64,000 nt of DNA from Bdellovibrionales bacterium (GTDB lineage Bacteria > Bdellovibrionota > Bdellovibrionia > Bdellovibrionales > JAKFYE01). Made by a program: the position numbers and the translations under genes. The stretch is from NCBI GenBank assembly GCA_965206675.1, contig CBDBKL010000007.1, forward strand, positions 226,338 to 290,337, given 5' to 3'. The notes below the pieces were generated by a model. The model was not told where the DNA came from, made no database searches, and worked only from the letters and a program-made list of their open reading frames with translations. This document shows, piece by piece, positions 1-10,518 of this stretch. Each line of letters starts with the position of its first letter. Positions within the stretch are counted from its first letter, which is position 1.

Positions 1-665
1 TTTTAGATGGAAAAGGCCAGATGGTTAGGTTGGGAATTGCCACGGCTTTGGGAGAAACTTATTCCTCAGAGCATGAAATAACAAAATCATTTTCTAATCC
101 AAATCTGGGAATGATATCGGCTTATCACTTAGCAAGTCCGGTTGTTCAAAGTGAAAATCCACCTAAGAACTTTCTTTTTGATAGCTTAGTATTTTCATCC
201 AATGCCAGTTTTGAAAGAAAGAGTATCTCTGATAGAATCAAGTTAGATCCTAGTGTCGATAAATTTAAAAAACTACCTCTTGCCATATCTGTAAAAGGTT
301 TTGTTAACAAGAAAGCAGATGGAAATAAAGAGGCCAGTGAGGATGTTGAAGGGAAGGAAGACGGCACAAATGAAGTCCTATCCAAAGAAGAAAATACAGA
401 ATTCAATATCGTTGTTTTCGGTGATAGTGATTTTTTAACAAATAAATTTTATGGGCTACAATTGAATAGAAATTTAGCTCTTAATGTCATTTCTTTTTTA
501 GCGAGTGACGATGATCTTATTAGCATTAGACCAAAGGATAGGCTGACCACACAGTTAACAATGACAAATACTCAAGCAAAGATTATTTTCATTGGCTTAG
601 CTATTCTAGCTCTTATCCCTTTTATCCTTAGCTTCGTTATTTGGTGGAGGCGGAGGGGAGCATGA
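1..665 (+). CDS. GldG-like ABC-transporter accessory protein, C-terminal part (5' end upstream of window)
   Basis: Frame is open from nt 3 to the window edge. VVFGDSDFLTN motif and one C-terminal TM helix as in the GldG/ABC-type uncharacterized transport family. Stop overlaps the next start (ATGA at 662-665). Confidence 0.6.
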   Translation, partial: LDGKGQMVRLGIATALGETYSSEHEITKSFSNPNLGMISAYHLASPVVQSENPPKNFLFDSLVFSSNASFERKSISDRIKLDPSVDKFKKLPLAISVKGFVNKKADGNKEASEDVEGKEDGTNEVLSKEENTEFNIVVFGDSDFLTNKFYGLQLNRNLALNVISFLASDDDLISIRPKDRLTTQLTMTNTQAKIIFIGLAILALIPFILSFVIWWRRRGA

Positions 666-2074
666 AGATTTTTAAATCTTCATCCCTACTTTTTTCCCTT
701 GTTGTTTTTACGGCCGTATATATTTACTTTTTTGAGTACAAAAAGGATAAAGACCAGGAAGCCTTTGAAAGGCAAGCCTCTCGAATTGTTAAATGGGATG
801 TGGAAAAAATTAAAAGTTTTATTATCAAGACAGAAAATAGTGTTTTGCATTTAAAACGCTTGGAGGAAAATTGGGAGATTGAAAGTCCTATAAATGATCT
901 CGCTGAAAATTCTATTGTTCAAAGCTTTTTGACTCAATTGACGGAAAGGCAATCAGAAGAAACTGTCAGAGAAGGGGAGGATATTGATTATTCTATTTAT
1001 GGACTGGAAAAGCCTACAAGAGAGATAACTTTTACTGATGAAAATGATGAAGAATTAAAGATTTATATAGGTGATATACAGGCATTTAACAGGAAGTTTT
1101 ATGTTCGAGTTGGAGATGAAAAAAAGATTTCTTTAGTTGGTGTTGATTTTCAATCTGTTATAGATAAAAAAGCCAATGATTTAAGAATGAAATCTGTCTT
1201 AAGAGAAAGTACAGATAAATATTCTGGTTTTAAAATAAACAGAAGGTTTGAGGGAAAATTTGAATCGTTTATTTTAAATAAAGAAAATGAAGATTGGAAA
1301 TTTGCCAAAGAAAAATGGGCTGTTGATACATCTGCCGTTAAAAACTATCTTAAAGATATAGAGGGAGCCTCTGCTATTAATTACCTTTCTGAAGATAAAA
1401 AAAGCTCTATAGCTAAAAAAGATTTTATGACGGAAAAGGAACTCTTTAAACTGATTTTTTTAACAAATGGTAATAAGGAGAGGGCGAGTTTAATAATTCA
1501 TGAATTGAATAAAGAAAGAGCTTATATCACTCACAGTGAAAGACCGACTGTTTATGAAATTTCTAATGCTACAGCTGAGGAAATTATGACAGATATTTTA
1601 CGTTTTAGAGATAAAAAAATACCCTTTCAATTTAATGGTGAAAATATTAATAAGATAGATATCAAAACGGGGTTAACAGAAATTCATCTTATTAAAGAAA
1701 AAGATAAATGGATAAGTGCTTTAAAAAGAGATCAAGTTGTAAACCAATCTAAAGTGGATGAATTTATAAATAAAATTAAATCATGGGAGGCCGCTTCTTT
1801 TTTGGGTGAAAAAGGGAGTATAGGGAAACAAAGGGGAAAAATTTCTTTAAAAGATAAGGAAGATGTTCTTATTGATATGACCTGGGGAGATGAAATTAAG
1901 GGCCAGAGAAAGGTAAAGACAAATATATATCCTGAATATGTGACTCTTAAGAATAGTGATATAATGAATCTTCCTATGCAAACCCTTTTTGAAAAAAAAG
2001 ATGAGGATTCAATAAAAAAAGATAAAGAAGATAAAAAATTATCTTCTGAAAATTCTCAAGGAGTGTCCTCTTAG
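662..2074 (+). CDS. DUF4340-like membrane-anchored protein (the usual partner downstream of gldG)
   Basis: ATG 662 is preceded by GGAGGGGAG and forms an ATGA overlap, so the track start 641 is less likely. N-terminal TM helix. The gldG then DUF4340 gene order is recurrent. Confidence 0.55.
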   Translation: MKIFKSSSLLFSLVVFTAVYIYFFEYKKDKDQEAFERQASRIVKWDVEKIKSFIIKTENSVLHLKRLEENWEIESPINDLAENSIVQSFLTQLTERQSEETVREGEDIDYSIYGLEKPTREITFTDENDEELKIYIGDIQAFNRKFYVRVGDEKKISLVGVDFQSVIDKKANDLRMKSVLRESTDKYSGFKINRRFEGKFESFILNKENEDWKFAKEKWAVDTSAVKNYLKDIEGASAINYLSEDKKSSIAKKDFMTEKELFKLIFLTNGNKERASLIIHELNKERAYITHSERPTVYEISNATAEEIMTDILRFRDKKIPFQFNGENINKIDIKTGLTEIHLIKEKDKWISALKRDQVVNQSKVDEFINKIKSWEAASFLGEKGSIGKQRGKISLKDKEDVLIDMTWGDEIKGQRKVKTNIYPEYVTLKNSDIMNLPMQTLFEKKDEDSIKKDKEDKKLSSENSQGVSS

Positions 2075-3078
2075 TGGCTCTTCGAAAAATTATATCTCGT
2101 TCTCCAACTCGAGTTGATTTGTCAGGTGGAACTCTGGATATCTGGCCTATTTCAGTTATGGTTCCCAATGCAAAAACTGTCAATCTAGCTATTGATATTA
2201 AAACAGAAGCTATCCTAGAAGAATTGGAAGGGAAAAATATTCTCATTCATATAGAGGGATTAGATTTTAAGAAGAGGTATAAAGATAGAGAAGAGTTATT
2301 AAAAGAGACAGATTCCAGGGCTCAATTTGCAGTTGGTTTATTTCAAATGTTTCCATGGACTTCGGGTTTATCCTTAACCTTAAGGTCAGAGGCTCCAGTT
2401 GGCAGTGGTCTAGGGGGAAGTTCGAGTTTGGCTATTTCCGCCATACAAGGATTTAAAAAACTATTGCATTTAAACTGGACGAAAATACAAACTGTTTCAA
2501 TAGCTAGAGATTTTGAGACGCAACTGTTGAAAACCCCAGCAGGAGTTCAAGATTATATCCCAGCTCTTATAGGCGGTTTATGTGAAATACACTATGAGTG
2601 GGGTGGGTTAACGTTTAAAAATATGGACATGGATATAACGGAATTTGATAAGAGGAGTTTTTTAGTTTATTCAGATAAACCGCATCACTCAGGACTTAGC
2701 AATTGGCAGATTTTGAAATCATTTATAGAGGGGGATCAGAAAGTTAAAAGAGATATAGAGGATATTCGAGATAAAACGCTAAGGGTGATAGAATTATTGA
2801 AACAACAGAATTTTTCTGAACTTCCAAAAGAATTTGAAAAATCTTTTCAAATTCGATCTCATTTTTCTGAAGAATCAAAAGATTTAGTGAAAATAAGGAA
2901 TGATGTTTTAAGCAGTGGGGCAAGTGCTGTTAAAATTTGTGGGGCAGGCTCAGGGGGATGCCTTTATGTTTGGTTAGATCCAAAAGACAAACAGAATGTT
3001 TTTGAGATTTGTCAAAAAAAATATAAAGTTTTAAATGTTTCCTCTGATGCCAAAGGAAATGTTGTTATTGAAGATTAA
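2074..3078 (+). CDS. GHMP-family kinase (substrate unknown)
   Basis: PVGSGLGGSSSLAISA phosphate-binding motif and C-terminal GAGSGG motif. GTG start overlaps the upstream TAG. Confidence 0.7.
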   Translation: MALRKIISRSPTRVDLSGGTLDIWPISVMVPNAKTVNLAIDIKTEAILEELEGKNILIHIEGLDFKKRYKDREELLKETDSRAQFAVGLFQMFPWTSGLSLTLRSEAPVGSGLGGSSSLAISAIQGFKKLLHLNWTKIQTVSIARDFETQLLKTPAGVQDYIPALIGGLCEIHYEWGGLTFKNMDMDITEFDKRSFLVYSDKPHHSGLSNWQILKSFIEGDQKVKRDIEDIRDKTLRVIELLKQQNFSELPKEFEKSFQIRSHFSEESKDLVKIRNDVLSSGASAVKICGAGSGGCLYVWLDPKDKQNVFEICQKKYKVLNVSSDAKGNVVIED

Positions 3079-3079
3079 T

Positions 3080-4027
3080 CTAGAAACCCAATAAGACAAA
3101 AGCTAAAATATTTCCCACAGCCAATAGGATGGATAATAGTTTTTTTGTTTTTTTGGGACCTATAGATTTAAGGTCTTCATTTGTAATTTGATTTAAAGAA
3201 ATATTTTCGGGATCTAGAGAGCTAGTTTTTATAAGCCTTTCTTTTTCTTTTGGAAAAGATATAAGAGTATGTTTTTTTAATAACTTAATGTCTTTTGCTT
3301 GGTTGATTTTTAAGACGCCTATTTTATCTTTGATTTTCATGATTTGTCCTTTTGCAAGGATATTGATTCTGGAACCCCCTTGGTAGAGGGGTTTTGAGTT
3401 TATTCTTTGAATTTCTATCCATTGTACAGGATCATTTTTTTTAACGTGTTGAAGGTGACGGATATCGGCTTTGGATAATCTTACCTCTCCTTCATCATAA
3501 ATAGTTTTCCCAATAAGTGGATCTAGAATTTGAAATGTTTGAAAAGGGATAGAAGCTAAAAAATCATCAACAAGTTTATTTAGAGAGGGTTTTAAATTTG
3601 ATGGGTTGAGTTTTGAAGAGAGTAGTAGAATATTTTGAGTCCAGAGTAGTTGACCATCATTTTTGAAATAAACTTTCATTGTTAGTTTTTTCTTCTTTAA
3701 ATGTGTTCTGATTATGATATCGGCGTTTAATTTTTCTGAAATTAAAATAACTTTTGAAGGTTTTAATTTATAAGAAGCAGATATGTTTTGTTTTGTGATC
3801 TCTTCCAAAGGGAGTATTGAAAATCTTCCATTCTCATCTAATCTTTCTTTTATATTTTTCCTTATCAAATTAGATAGAGATTTATATTTTGTTTTTATCA
3901 CGGGAGGTAAAATAGCTACTTTTTTTATTGAGTGGATATTCGCTGAAGATTTAAAGCTAATAAATAATATTAAAGATAGGCTTAGAAAGCCTACAGTTCT
4001 TTTTAAGAATTGAAATAAAGGGCCCAT
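3080..4027 (-). CDS. hypothetical exported/membrane protein
   Basis: Long ORF with an N-terminal signal-like helix and a C-terminal TM helix. No family recognised. Confidence 0.5.
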   Translation of the reverse strand: MGPLFQFLKRTVGFLSLSLILFISFKSSANIHSIKKVAILPPVIKTKYKSLSNLIRKNIKERLDENGRFSILPLEEITKQNISASYKLKPSKVILISEKLNADIIIRTHLKKKKLTMKVYFKNDGQLLWTQNILLLSSKLNPSNLKPSLNKLVDDFLASIPFQTFQILDPLIGKTIYDEGEVRLSKADIRHLQHVKKNDPVQWIEIQRINSKPLYQGGSRINILAKGQIMKIKDKIGVLKINQAKDIKLLKKHTLISFPKEKERLIKTSSLDPENISLNQITNEDLKSIGPKKTKKLLSILLAVGNILAFVLLGF

Positions 4028-4060
4028 ATCTTTTATTAATATAGAATTAAGAAAGTGTTT

Positions 4061-4088
4061 TTGTATAGGATAAAAAGCATGGTATAAT
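4061..4088 (+). promoter_or_regulatory. candidate sigma70 promoter with extended -10 (TGgTATAAT)
   Basis: TGGTATAAT at 4080-4088, weak -35 TTGTAT at 4061-4066, 50 nt upstream of ATG 4139. Confidence 0.45.
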
Positions 4089-4138
4089 TAACAAAAGTAA
4101 TTGTGAGAAAAGATTGAGCTATTTTTTGCAGAGGTTTT

Positions 4139-5182
4139 ATGTCTGATTGGAGAAAACGAGGTCGTTTTAGCGGTAATAGTGTCTTTTTTAGATACGTTCA
4201 ACCTCAATTGGAAAAACAATCTGATATTATTTATATATGGGATATAGATAAAACATATTTAGATACTCATTTTGAATCTCTAAGGGGCCTTATTAATACT
4301 ATAAGGGAAAAGGCTTTTCAAAAGCGGAATGTTCCAGGAACACGTGTTCTATTATCCGCTTTATTGGCAAGACACCAAGAAGAAGAGGCTTTTCCTGTCT
4401 ATTTTGTATCGGCCTCTCCACCTCAGTTGGAGGAGAAGATTCATACCAAACTAGAATTGGATGGAATAAAACCTTATGGTGCCTATTTTAAGGAAAGTTT
4501 GAAGGATTTAAAACCTAAGTCTTTTAGAAGATTGAACCGGCAAGTTGGATATAAATTACAGAGTTTATTGGATTTAAGAATGCGTTTGAAAGATAGTGTA
4601 GAGCAAATTTTATGGGGAGATGATAGTGAATCGGATGCTATTATATATTCACTATACTCTGATATTTGTTCCAAACGTTTAAAAGAATCTGAAATTAGAA
4701 AAATTTTAGATAATTTAGATGTAGAGAGCTTTCAAATAGATATTATTTTAGAATTACAAAAAAAAATACCTATAGAAGATCCTGTTAAAAAGATATATAT
4801 TAATTTAATCAATGATACAGATCCTGATTATTATTTAAAATATGGAAGAAGAATGCTGCCAACATCTAACACTCTTCAATTGGCCCTAGATTTATATCAA
4901 GATAAAAGAATAAATAAAACCCAACTTATACAAGTGGCTCAAGATATGATGACTAACTATGGTTTTATTCAAGATGAAATGTCACAAAGTTTTGACGATT
5001 TTATAGAGAGAAAAGTTTTAGAAAAGGAAATCATTGTTGAAACCTATGATATTTTAATGAAGAGTGAAATTTTTCCTTCCTACTATAAACACTATCCTAT
5101 ACCAGATGATTATACTGTTCCTAAACCTAATTTAAAAGGGTGGATTCCGGACTATATTGATTATTTTAATGATTTTCGATAA
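4139..5182 (+). CDS. HAD-like phosphatase, App1/DUF2183-like
   Basis: WDIDKTYLDT (DxDxT) and GDDSESD motifs, with spacing typical of HAD phosphatases. Confidence 0.45.
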   Translation: MSDWRKRGRFSGNSVFFRYVQPQLEKQSDIIYIWDIDKTYLDTHFESLRGLINTIREKAFQKRNVPGTRVLLSALLARHQEEEAFPVYFVSASPPQLEEKIHTKLELDGIKPYGAYFKESLKDLKPKSFRRLNRQVGYKLQSLLDLRMRLKDSVEQILWGDDSESDAIIYSLYSDICSKRLKESEIRKILDNLDVESFQIDIILELQKKIPIEDPVKKIYINLINDTDPDYYLKYGRRMLPTSNTLQLALDLYQDKRINKTQLIQVAQDMMTNYGFIQDEMSQSFDDFIERKVLEKEIIVETYDILMKSEIFPSYYKHYPIPDDYTVPKPNLKGWIPDYIDYFNDFR

Positions 5183-5958
5183 TTGAGATTTATAGGATAG
5201 TGAATAATAATAGGATGACCTTCAAAGGATTTAAATACTGTCCGTTCAATAACATCCATAATACATTGTTTAAGTTTTAAATCTGTTATTGTACCTCTAA
5301 TAAGACGTACAGAAGATGTCTTCCCATTTGGTCGAATTGTGAAATTTAAATGAATTTCCCATTTTTTTGTAGGATTTGTTTTAAGAAATTTTATGGAGCA
5401 TTTCTTTAGAAAGGATTCTCGTTTTATAAGGACATCTTTAATATATTCATTTGATAGAGATATTTTACTGATTTTTTCTTGAAAATTAATATTCATATTT
5501 TTAGCTTTTTCTATAGGTTTGGATTCAATATCTTGAATTTGTCCAGATTTTGAAATTATAAGGCGACCAGAAGAGCCGGAAGATAAAATTTTAAAATCTC
5601 CTTGGAAAAAGGTTATAAAAGAAAAATTTTGTTTTTTCTCAAAAAACAATTTAGAGTTTTGTTCAATTTCTAATTGGAAATTTGGAAAAATTTGAAGAAA
5701 AGCTTTTGAATCTTTTGAAGTCCTAAGTGTATCAAATTGTCTTAACTTTGTTTCGTCTTTTGCTTTATAATAGGTTAGACTTTTTTCTTTTTTAATATGA
5801 GCGTCTCCTTTGTGTGACTTTAATATTCCAATAACAGGACGTGAATCTTCAATTTTAAAATATTTTTGTATAAGTTGAAAAAGTTCTTTATTAAAAAAAA
5901 TAAGAATTAGAGCAAACATAAGAGCTGCAAATAATTTTATAGATTTCATTAAAATCAT
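5161..5958 (-). CDS. hypothetical exported protein with TonB-C/AgmX-like C-terminal domain
   Basis: N-terminal signal/TM segment. The C-terminal ~80 aa resemble a TonB-C-type fold by eye. Its 3' end overlaps the convergent gene by 22 nt. Confidence 0.4.
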   Translation of the reverse strand: MILMKSIKLFAALMFALILIFFNKELFQLIQKYFKIEDSRPVIGILKSHKGDAHIKKEKSLTYYKAKDETKLRQFDTLRTSKDSKAFLQIFPNFQLEIEQNSKLFFEKKQNFSFITFFQGDFKILSSGSSGRLIISKSGQIQDIESKPIEKAKNMNINFQEKISKISLSNEYIKDVLIKRESFLKKCSIKFLKTNPTKKWEIHLNFTIRPNGKTSSVRLIRGTITDLKLKQCIMDVIERTVFKSFEGHPIIIHYPINLNYRKSLK

Positions 5959-6019
5959 TCCTTATTTTACAATAAAAAAGCATTTTATAAAGATATATGT
6001 AATAACTCATATTTTACTC

Positions 6020-6179
6020 GTTTTGAAATATCTGAGAGAGAGCATTTCTAAAGGATTTCAAAACGCAGTTCTCTAAAGCGCAGGGCGTATCCTCGAAGAG
6101 GAGACGAGCCTGCGGCCTTTAGAGCTGTTTGAGGATTTGGAAGCCTTTAGAAATGCTCTCTCTCAAAGACGTTCAAAAA
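6020..6179 (-). repeat. Family-2 rod-hairpin repeat, copy 2A (core inverted relative to 2B/2C)
   Basis: Perfect 22-bp outer arms at 6033-6054 and 6144-6165. Inner core GCGCAGGGCGTATCCTCGAAGAGGAGACGAGCCTGCG is homologous to the reverse complement of the 53.8-kb and 61.6-kb cores. Confidence 0.85.
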
Positions 6180-6326
6180 CTTTTGTAAGACTATCTGTAC
6201 TCTTGGGTATGCCTCAATCGCTCCTTATTAGTTTTTATCAAAATCTACGCAAATAGAGTTAGCCTTCGATTTTTTTAGCGATATGACAAATATATATTAT
6301 GAACGATAAAGAGAAAAGACGTCTCT

Positions 6327-6662
6327 TTATTTAGGGATAGTCTCAGGGTTTTGTTTTTCTATTGGCGGCAATGTATCAGTTTTTGGTGCCTCTGTGCCTT
6401 GGGTTGGTGGTAGGGTATCGAGAGCACTTTTTGAAGTTGTGGCGGTAAATTTTGAAAGCATGATAGATGTGATGGCAAAAATAATAATAATGACCCGTGT
6501 GGCTTTAGTTAGTACATTTGTTGCCCCTGTTGCTCCTAAAATAGAATTTGAACTGGAGCCACCGCCAAAAGCTCCGAGACTTCCGCCCTTAGCGTCTTGC
6601 ATGAGAACAACCAGTATTAATAGGACAGCGATAATAATATGAACAACACCTAGGAATTCCAT
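6327..6662 (-). CDS. secG: preprotein translocase subunit SecG
   Basis: Two TM helices and the QDAKGGSLGAFGGGSS motif. Lies downstream of tpiA, as in many bacteria. Confidence 0.85.
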   Translation of the reverse strand: MEFLGVVHIIIAVLLILVVLMQDAKGGSLGAFGGGSSSNSILGATGATNVLTKATRVIIIIFAITSIMLSKFTATTSKSALDTLPPTQGTEAPKTDTLPPIEKQNPETIPK

Positions 6663-6732
6663 TTCATCTCCAAAATAAGGTCGTAGTATGGGAATCTATA
6701 AGGGGAAAGTCTACTTTTTGATAAGACATTAC

Positions 6733-7494
6733 TCATCGCGTTATGGTAGAGTTATTAATAATACGACTTAATTTTTGCGGGCTCAGAGATGCGCTTCCGA
6801 TTAAAAATCCATCGACATTCTCTATTTTTGCAATTTCTGAGCAGTTTTCTGGGTTAACACTTCCGCCATATAGAATATGTGTGTGTTCTGCTAAAAGTTC
6901 ACCACCGAGTTCATTTAAGTAAGATTTAATGACTTTGTGTGCATCAAGAATATGTTCTGGTTTGGCAACATTTCCTGTACCGATGGCCCAAACAGGCTCA
7001 TAGGCAATAATAATATTTTTCCCTTCATTAAAATGTTTCAAACCCATTTTGAGCTGATTGAGTAAGACGTCCTGTGTTTTTCTACCTTCTCTTTCTTCCA
7101 AAGTTTCTCCTATACACAGTATAGGAGTCATAAAGTATTTTTGTATGGAGTGTATTTTTTTTGAAATAGCTAAATCCGTTTCGCCAAATAGTCTACGGCG
7201 TTCACTATGACCGACAAGGACATATTCGGCTCCATATTCAGCTAAGATTTTAGGAGAGGTTTCTCCTGTGAAGGGGCCCGATTCCTCAAAATGGGAGTTT
7301 TGAGCACCCCATTTCATATAAGAGCCACTAAGGGCTTTTCGAATAACGGATAAACAAATAGTACTTGGTAATAAGATAACGTCTTTATGCACTCTGCGAT
7401 CAATAAGTCTTAAGAATTCTTCTATGAATTTTTCAGTTTCTCTTGGATTTTTGTTCATTTTCCAATTTGCTGTAAATAGTAATCGCTTATTCAT
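6733..7494 (-). CDS. tpiA: triose-phosphate isomerase
   Basis: ANWKMN, GHSERR and AYEPVWAIGTG motifs. Confidence 0.95.
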   Translation of the reverse strand: MNKRLLFTANWKMNKNPRETEKFIEEFLRLIDRRVHKDVILLPSTICLSVIRKALSGSYMKWGAQNSHFEESGPFTGETSPKILAEYGAEYVLVGHSERRRLFGETDLAISKKIHSIQKYFMTPILCIGETLEEREGRKTQDVLLNQLKMGLKHFNEGKNIIIAYEPVWAIGTGNVAKPEHILDAHKVIKSYLNELGGELLAEHTHILYGGSVNPENCSEIAKIENVDGFLIGSASLSPQKLSRIINNSTITR

Positions 7495-7507
7495 ATATAT
7501 TCTCCCA

Positions 7508-8695
7508 TTAGCGATTTCTTTTTAATGCTTCCAAACCAGGAAGAGATTTTCCCTGAAGGTATTCAAGGCTAGCTCCTCCTCCTGTAGAAATATGAGTTAT
7601 TTTTGAAGATAGGCCAGAGATATTAACAGCAGCAGCAGAGTCACCTCCGCCTACAACAGTAGTGCCATCGCTTTCTGCTAAAGCTTTGGTAATAGATAGT
7701 GTTCCCTGAGCAAACTCTTCTGTTTCAAATATTCCCATCGGACCATTCCAAAATACCGTTTTTGCATCTCTAAGTATATTAGAAAAATATTCTTGGGTCT
7801 TAGGGCCAATATCGACACCTATCCAATTTTCTGGAATTGAACTATTATTGGTTATTTTTTTAGCACCTGGATCTTTTAAGTTCGTAGCAATGATATGATC
7901 TTTAGGCAGATAGAGAGATTTTCCTCGTATTTTAAGGCGTTCTATAAGACTTTTTGCAACGCTTAGATTTTCTTTATCAACAAGAGAGTTACCAATAGAT
8001 ATTCCTTGTGCCTGTAGAAATGTATAGGACATAGCACCACCAATAATGAGTCCATCAATTTTATCAATTAGATTTTCAATGAGAATGATTTTGTCTTTTA
8101 TCTTTGAGCCTCCCATTACAATATAGTAGGGAGATTTGGATGTCGTCATAAGATGATTTAAATATTTTAATTCTTTTAAGATTAAAAAACCAGCGGCTTT
8201 AAGGGGCATCATTTTAGGTAGGCTTTCCACAGAGGCATGAGGTCTATGACAAACCCCAAAAGCATCATTAATATAAATATCAGAATAGCTGGACCAAATT
8301 TTAGCCAGTTTTTCTGAGTTTTTAGTTTCACCTTCTACGAATCGTAGGTTTTCCAATAGTATAATTTTGTTTTCTTTTAAGGATGGAATTAATGCTTTTG
8401 GGACATTAGAGTCAGGATCTTCAATCAGATGAATATCATATTTTGTACTTAAAAACTGTCCAATAGGCTCAAGGCTTAAATTTTTTCGATCTTCTTTAGG
8501 TCTTCCCAAATGAGAGCCTATAATCAGTTTAGCTCCTTGAGATAAAAGATATTCAATTGTAGGAAGGGATTTTTGAATACGAGTGTCATCGGTAATTGTT
8601 CTTTCTTTTAAAGGGACATTTAAATCCAGTCTCAGAAAGACAGCTTTTCTGTCAAATTTTAGATTTTCAAGAGTAGGAAGATCTGCAGGATTCAA
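7508..8695 (-). CDS. pgk: phosphoglycerate kinase
   Basis: Full-length PGK similarity (RLDLNVPL, GGGDS motifs). Confidence 0.95.
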   Translation of the reverse strand: MNPADLPTLENLKFDRKAVFLRLDLNVPLKERTITDDTRIQKSLPTIEYLLSQGAKLIIGSHLGRPKEDRKNLSLEPIGQFLSTKYDIHLIEDPDSNVPKALIPSLKENKIILLENLRFVEGETKNSEKLAKIWSSYSDIYINDAFGVCHRPHASVESLPKMMPLKAAGFLILKELKYLNHLMTTSKSPYYIVMGGSKIKDKIILIENLIDKIDGLIIGGAMSYTFLQAQGISIGNSLVDKENLSVAKSLIERLKIRGKSLYLPKDHIIATNLKDPGAKKITNNSSIPENWIGVDIGPKTQEYFSNILRDAKTVFWNGPMGIFETEEFAQGTLSITKALAESDGTTVVGGGDSAAAVNISGLSSKITHISTGGGASLEYLQGKSLPGLEALKRNR

Positions 8696-9696
8696 GTTCC
8701 TTGTGCCTCAATGTATTTTGTTAAATCTATCATGCGACAAGAAAAGCCCATTTCGTTATCGTACCAAGCTACAACCTTAAGCAAATGATCGCCACTAATG
8801 AGTGTAGATAATAAGTCGATTGTCGCACTAGCGGGTGATCCCATATAATCTACGCTTACAAGAGGATCTTTTTCAACTTCAAGAATGCCTTGAAGTGAAC
8901 CTTCTGCGGCTTTTGTTAACACAGAGTTGACTTGATCTACAGTAACGGGCTTTTCTGTGTGGGCAACAAAATCCACAAGGCTGACGTTAGGGGTAGGGAC
9001 TCTGACAGAAAAACCATCAATTTTACCATTCAGTTCGGGAAGAACACTGCCAACAGCGCGAGCGGCCCCTGTTGTTGTCGGTATCATTGACATAGCTGCG
9101 GAGCGAGCCCGTCTGAGATCTTTGTGATGAACATCTAAAATTTTTTGATCATTTGTATAACTGTGCACTGTTGTCATGAGGCCATTTAAAATTTTGAATT
9201 CTTTATGAAGAATATAGGCTACAGGAGCTAGGCAATTTGTAGTACAGGATGCATTACTAATGATGGAATGGGATTTGGTATTATATTCTGTATGGTTAAC
9301 TCCGTAGACTAAAACTTTATCTATGTCTTCTGCTGGTGCTGAAACTATGACTTTTCGGGCTCCAGCTGAAAGATGTTTTTCAAAATCTTTTTTTTCTTTA
9401 AAGGCTCCTGTACACTCTAAAATAATATGAGCGTCCCATTTTTTCCACGGGATATTTGAAGGGTCTCTTTCTGAAGAGACCGGAATCTTTTGACCATTTA
9501 TGAGAATAGCGGAGTCATCGTAGGATATATCAGCTTCAAGTTTACCATGAGAGCTATCATATTTTAATAAGTGAGCTATTGTCCGTGGATTGGATGTATC
9601 GTTTATTCCTACAATGTCCAAATGTTTCAATCCATGTCTGAAAATAAGACGTCCAATACGACCTAGCCCATTAATACCAACCTTAGGACGATTCAC
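8692..9696 (-). CDS. gap: glyceraldehyde-3-phosphate dehydrogenase
   Basis: INGLGRIGR NAD-binding site and SNASCTTNCLAP active site. 4-nt overlap with pgk. Confidence 0.95.
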   Translation of the reverse strand: MNRPKVGINGLGRIGRLIFRHGLKHLDIVGINDTSNPRTIAHLLKYDSSHGKLEADISYDDSAILINGQKIPVSSERDPSNIPWKKWDAHIILECTGAFKEKKDFEKHLSAGARKVIVSAPAEDIDKVLVYGVNHTEYNTKSHSIISNASCTTNCLAPVAYILHKEFKILNGLMTTVHSYTNDQKILDVHHKDLRRARSAAMSMIPTTTGAARAVGSVLPELNGKIDGFSVRVPTPNVSLVDFVAHTEKPVTVDQVNSVLTKAAEGSLQGILEVEKDPLVSVDYMGSPASATIDLLSTLISGDHLLKVVAWYDNEMGFSCRMIDLTKYIEAQGT

Positions 9697-9738
9697 TGAA
9701 AGACTCCTTTGTTTTGCTCAACATTATGTCGTGTGAAG

Positions 9739-10518
9739 TTAAAAATCAACTGTCCATTTAAAAAGTCGGTTTGCATTTTGTTCTGTCTGTTCCATTAAAT
9801 CACTCACATTTATTTGTAAAAGTTCAGCAACTTTTTCAGCTGTGTGTACTAGAAAAGCAGGTTCATTTTTTTTCCCTCTCATGGGTACGGGAGCTAGATA
9901 AGGGGCATCAGTTTCTAAATGAATACGATCTTTTGGTAATCGCCGCACAGTATCGCAAAGGTCATTTGATTTTTTAAAAGTAATAATTCCGCTAATAGAA
10001 ATGTCAAATCCCATATCTAAAGCATATGTTGCAAGTTCGTAGCTTCCTGTGAAGCAGTGCAAGAGCCCTGATACTTTTCCCCGAAATTCCTTTAAAATAT
10101 TTTTTGTTTCCGATTCAGCTTCTCTAGTATGGATTTCCACAGGCAATTTCAAATCATGGGCCAATTGCATCTGTCTCTTAAACACTTCATATTGAGTGGA
10201 TTTGGGTGAATGCTCGTAGTAGAAATCAAGTCCTATTTCACCAATGGCTATGACTTCTTTTTGTCTTTTTTCTTTAATAAAATCTTCAATTTTTTGATTA
10301 TAATCTTTGGCATTATGGGGATGAATACCTAAGGTGCATGTGACTTTAGGGTAATATTTTTGAGCTATAGAGAGAACTTTTTCGTGATCTTCTGGACACG
10401 TTCCTATGTTGATAAATCTCTTAACCCCTTTTGATTCAGCTTGAGATAAGGCTGTTTCAATATCAATATCTAACATGTGGAAATGTGTATGCACATCAGT
10501 CCATGGCATAGGAATCAC
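9739..10518 (-). CDS. TatD-family metal-dependent hydrolase
   Basis: DVHTHFH N-terminus and ETDAPYL motif. Confidence 0.85.
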   Translation of the reverse strand: MIPMPWTDVHTHFHMLDIDIETALSQAESKGVKRFINIGTCPEDHEKVLSIAQKYYPKVTCTLGIHPHNAKDYNQKIEDFIKEKRQKEVIAIGEIGLDFYYEHSPKSTQYEVFKRQMQLAHDLKLPVEIHTREAESETKNILKEFRGKVSGLLHCFTGSYELATYALDMGFDISISGIITFKKSNDLCDTVRRLPKDRIHLETDAPYLAPVPMRGKKNEPAFLVHTAEKVAELLQINVSDLMEQTEQNANRLFKWTVDF

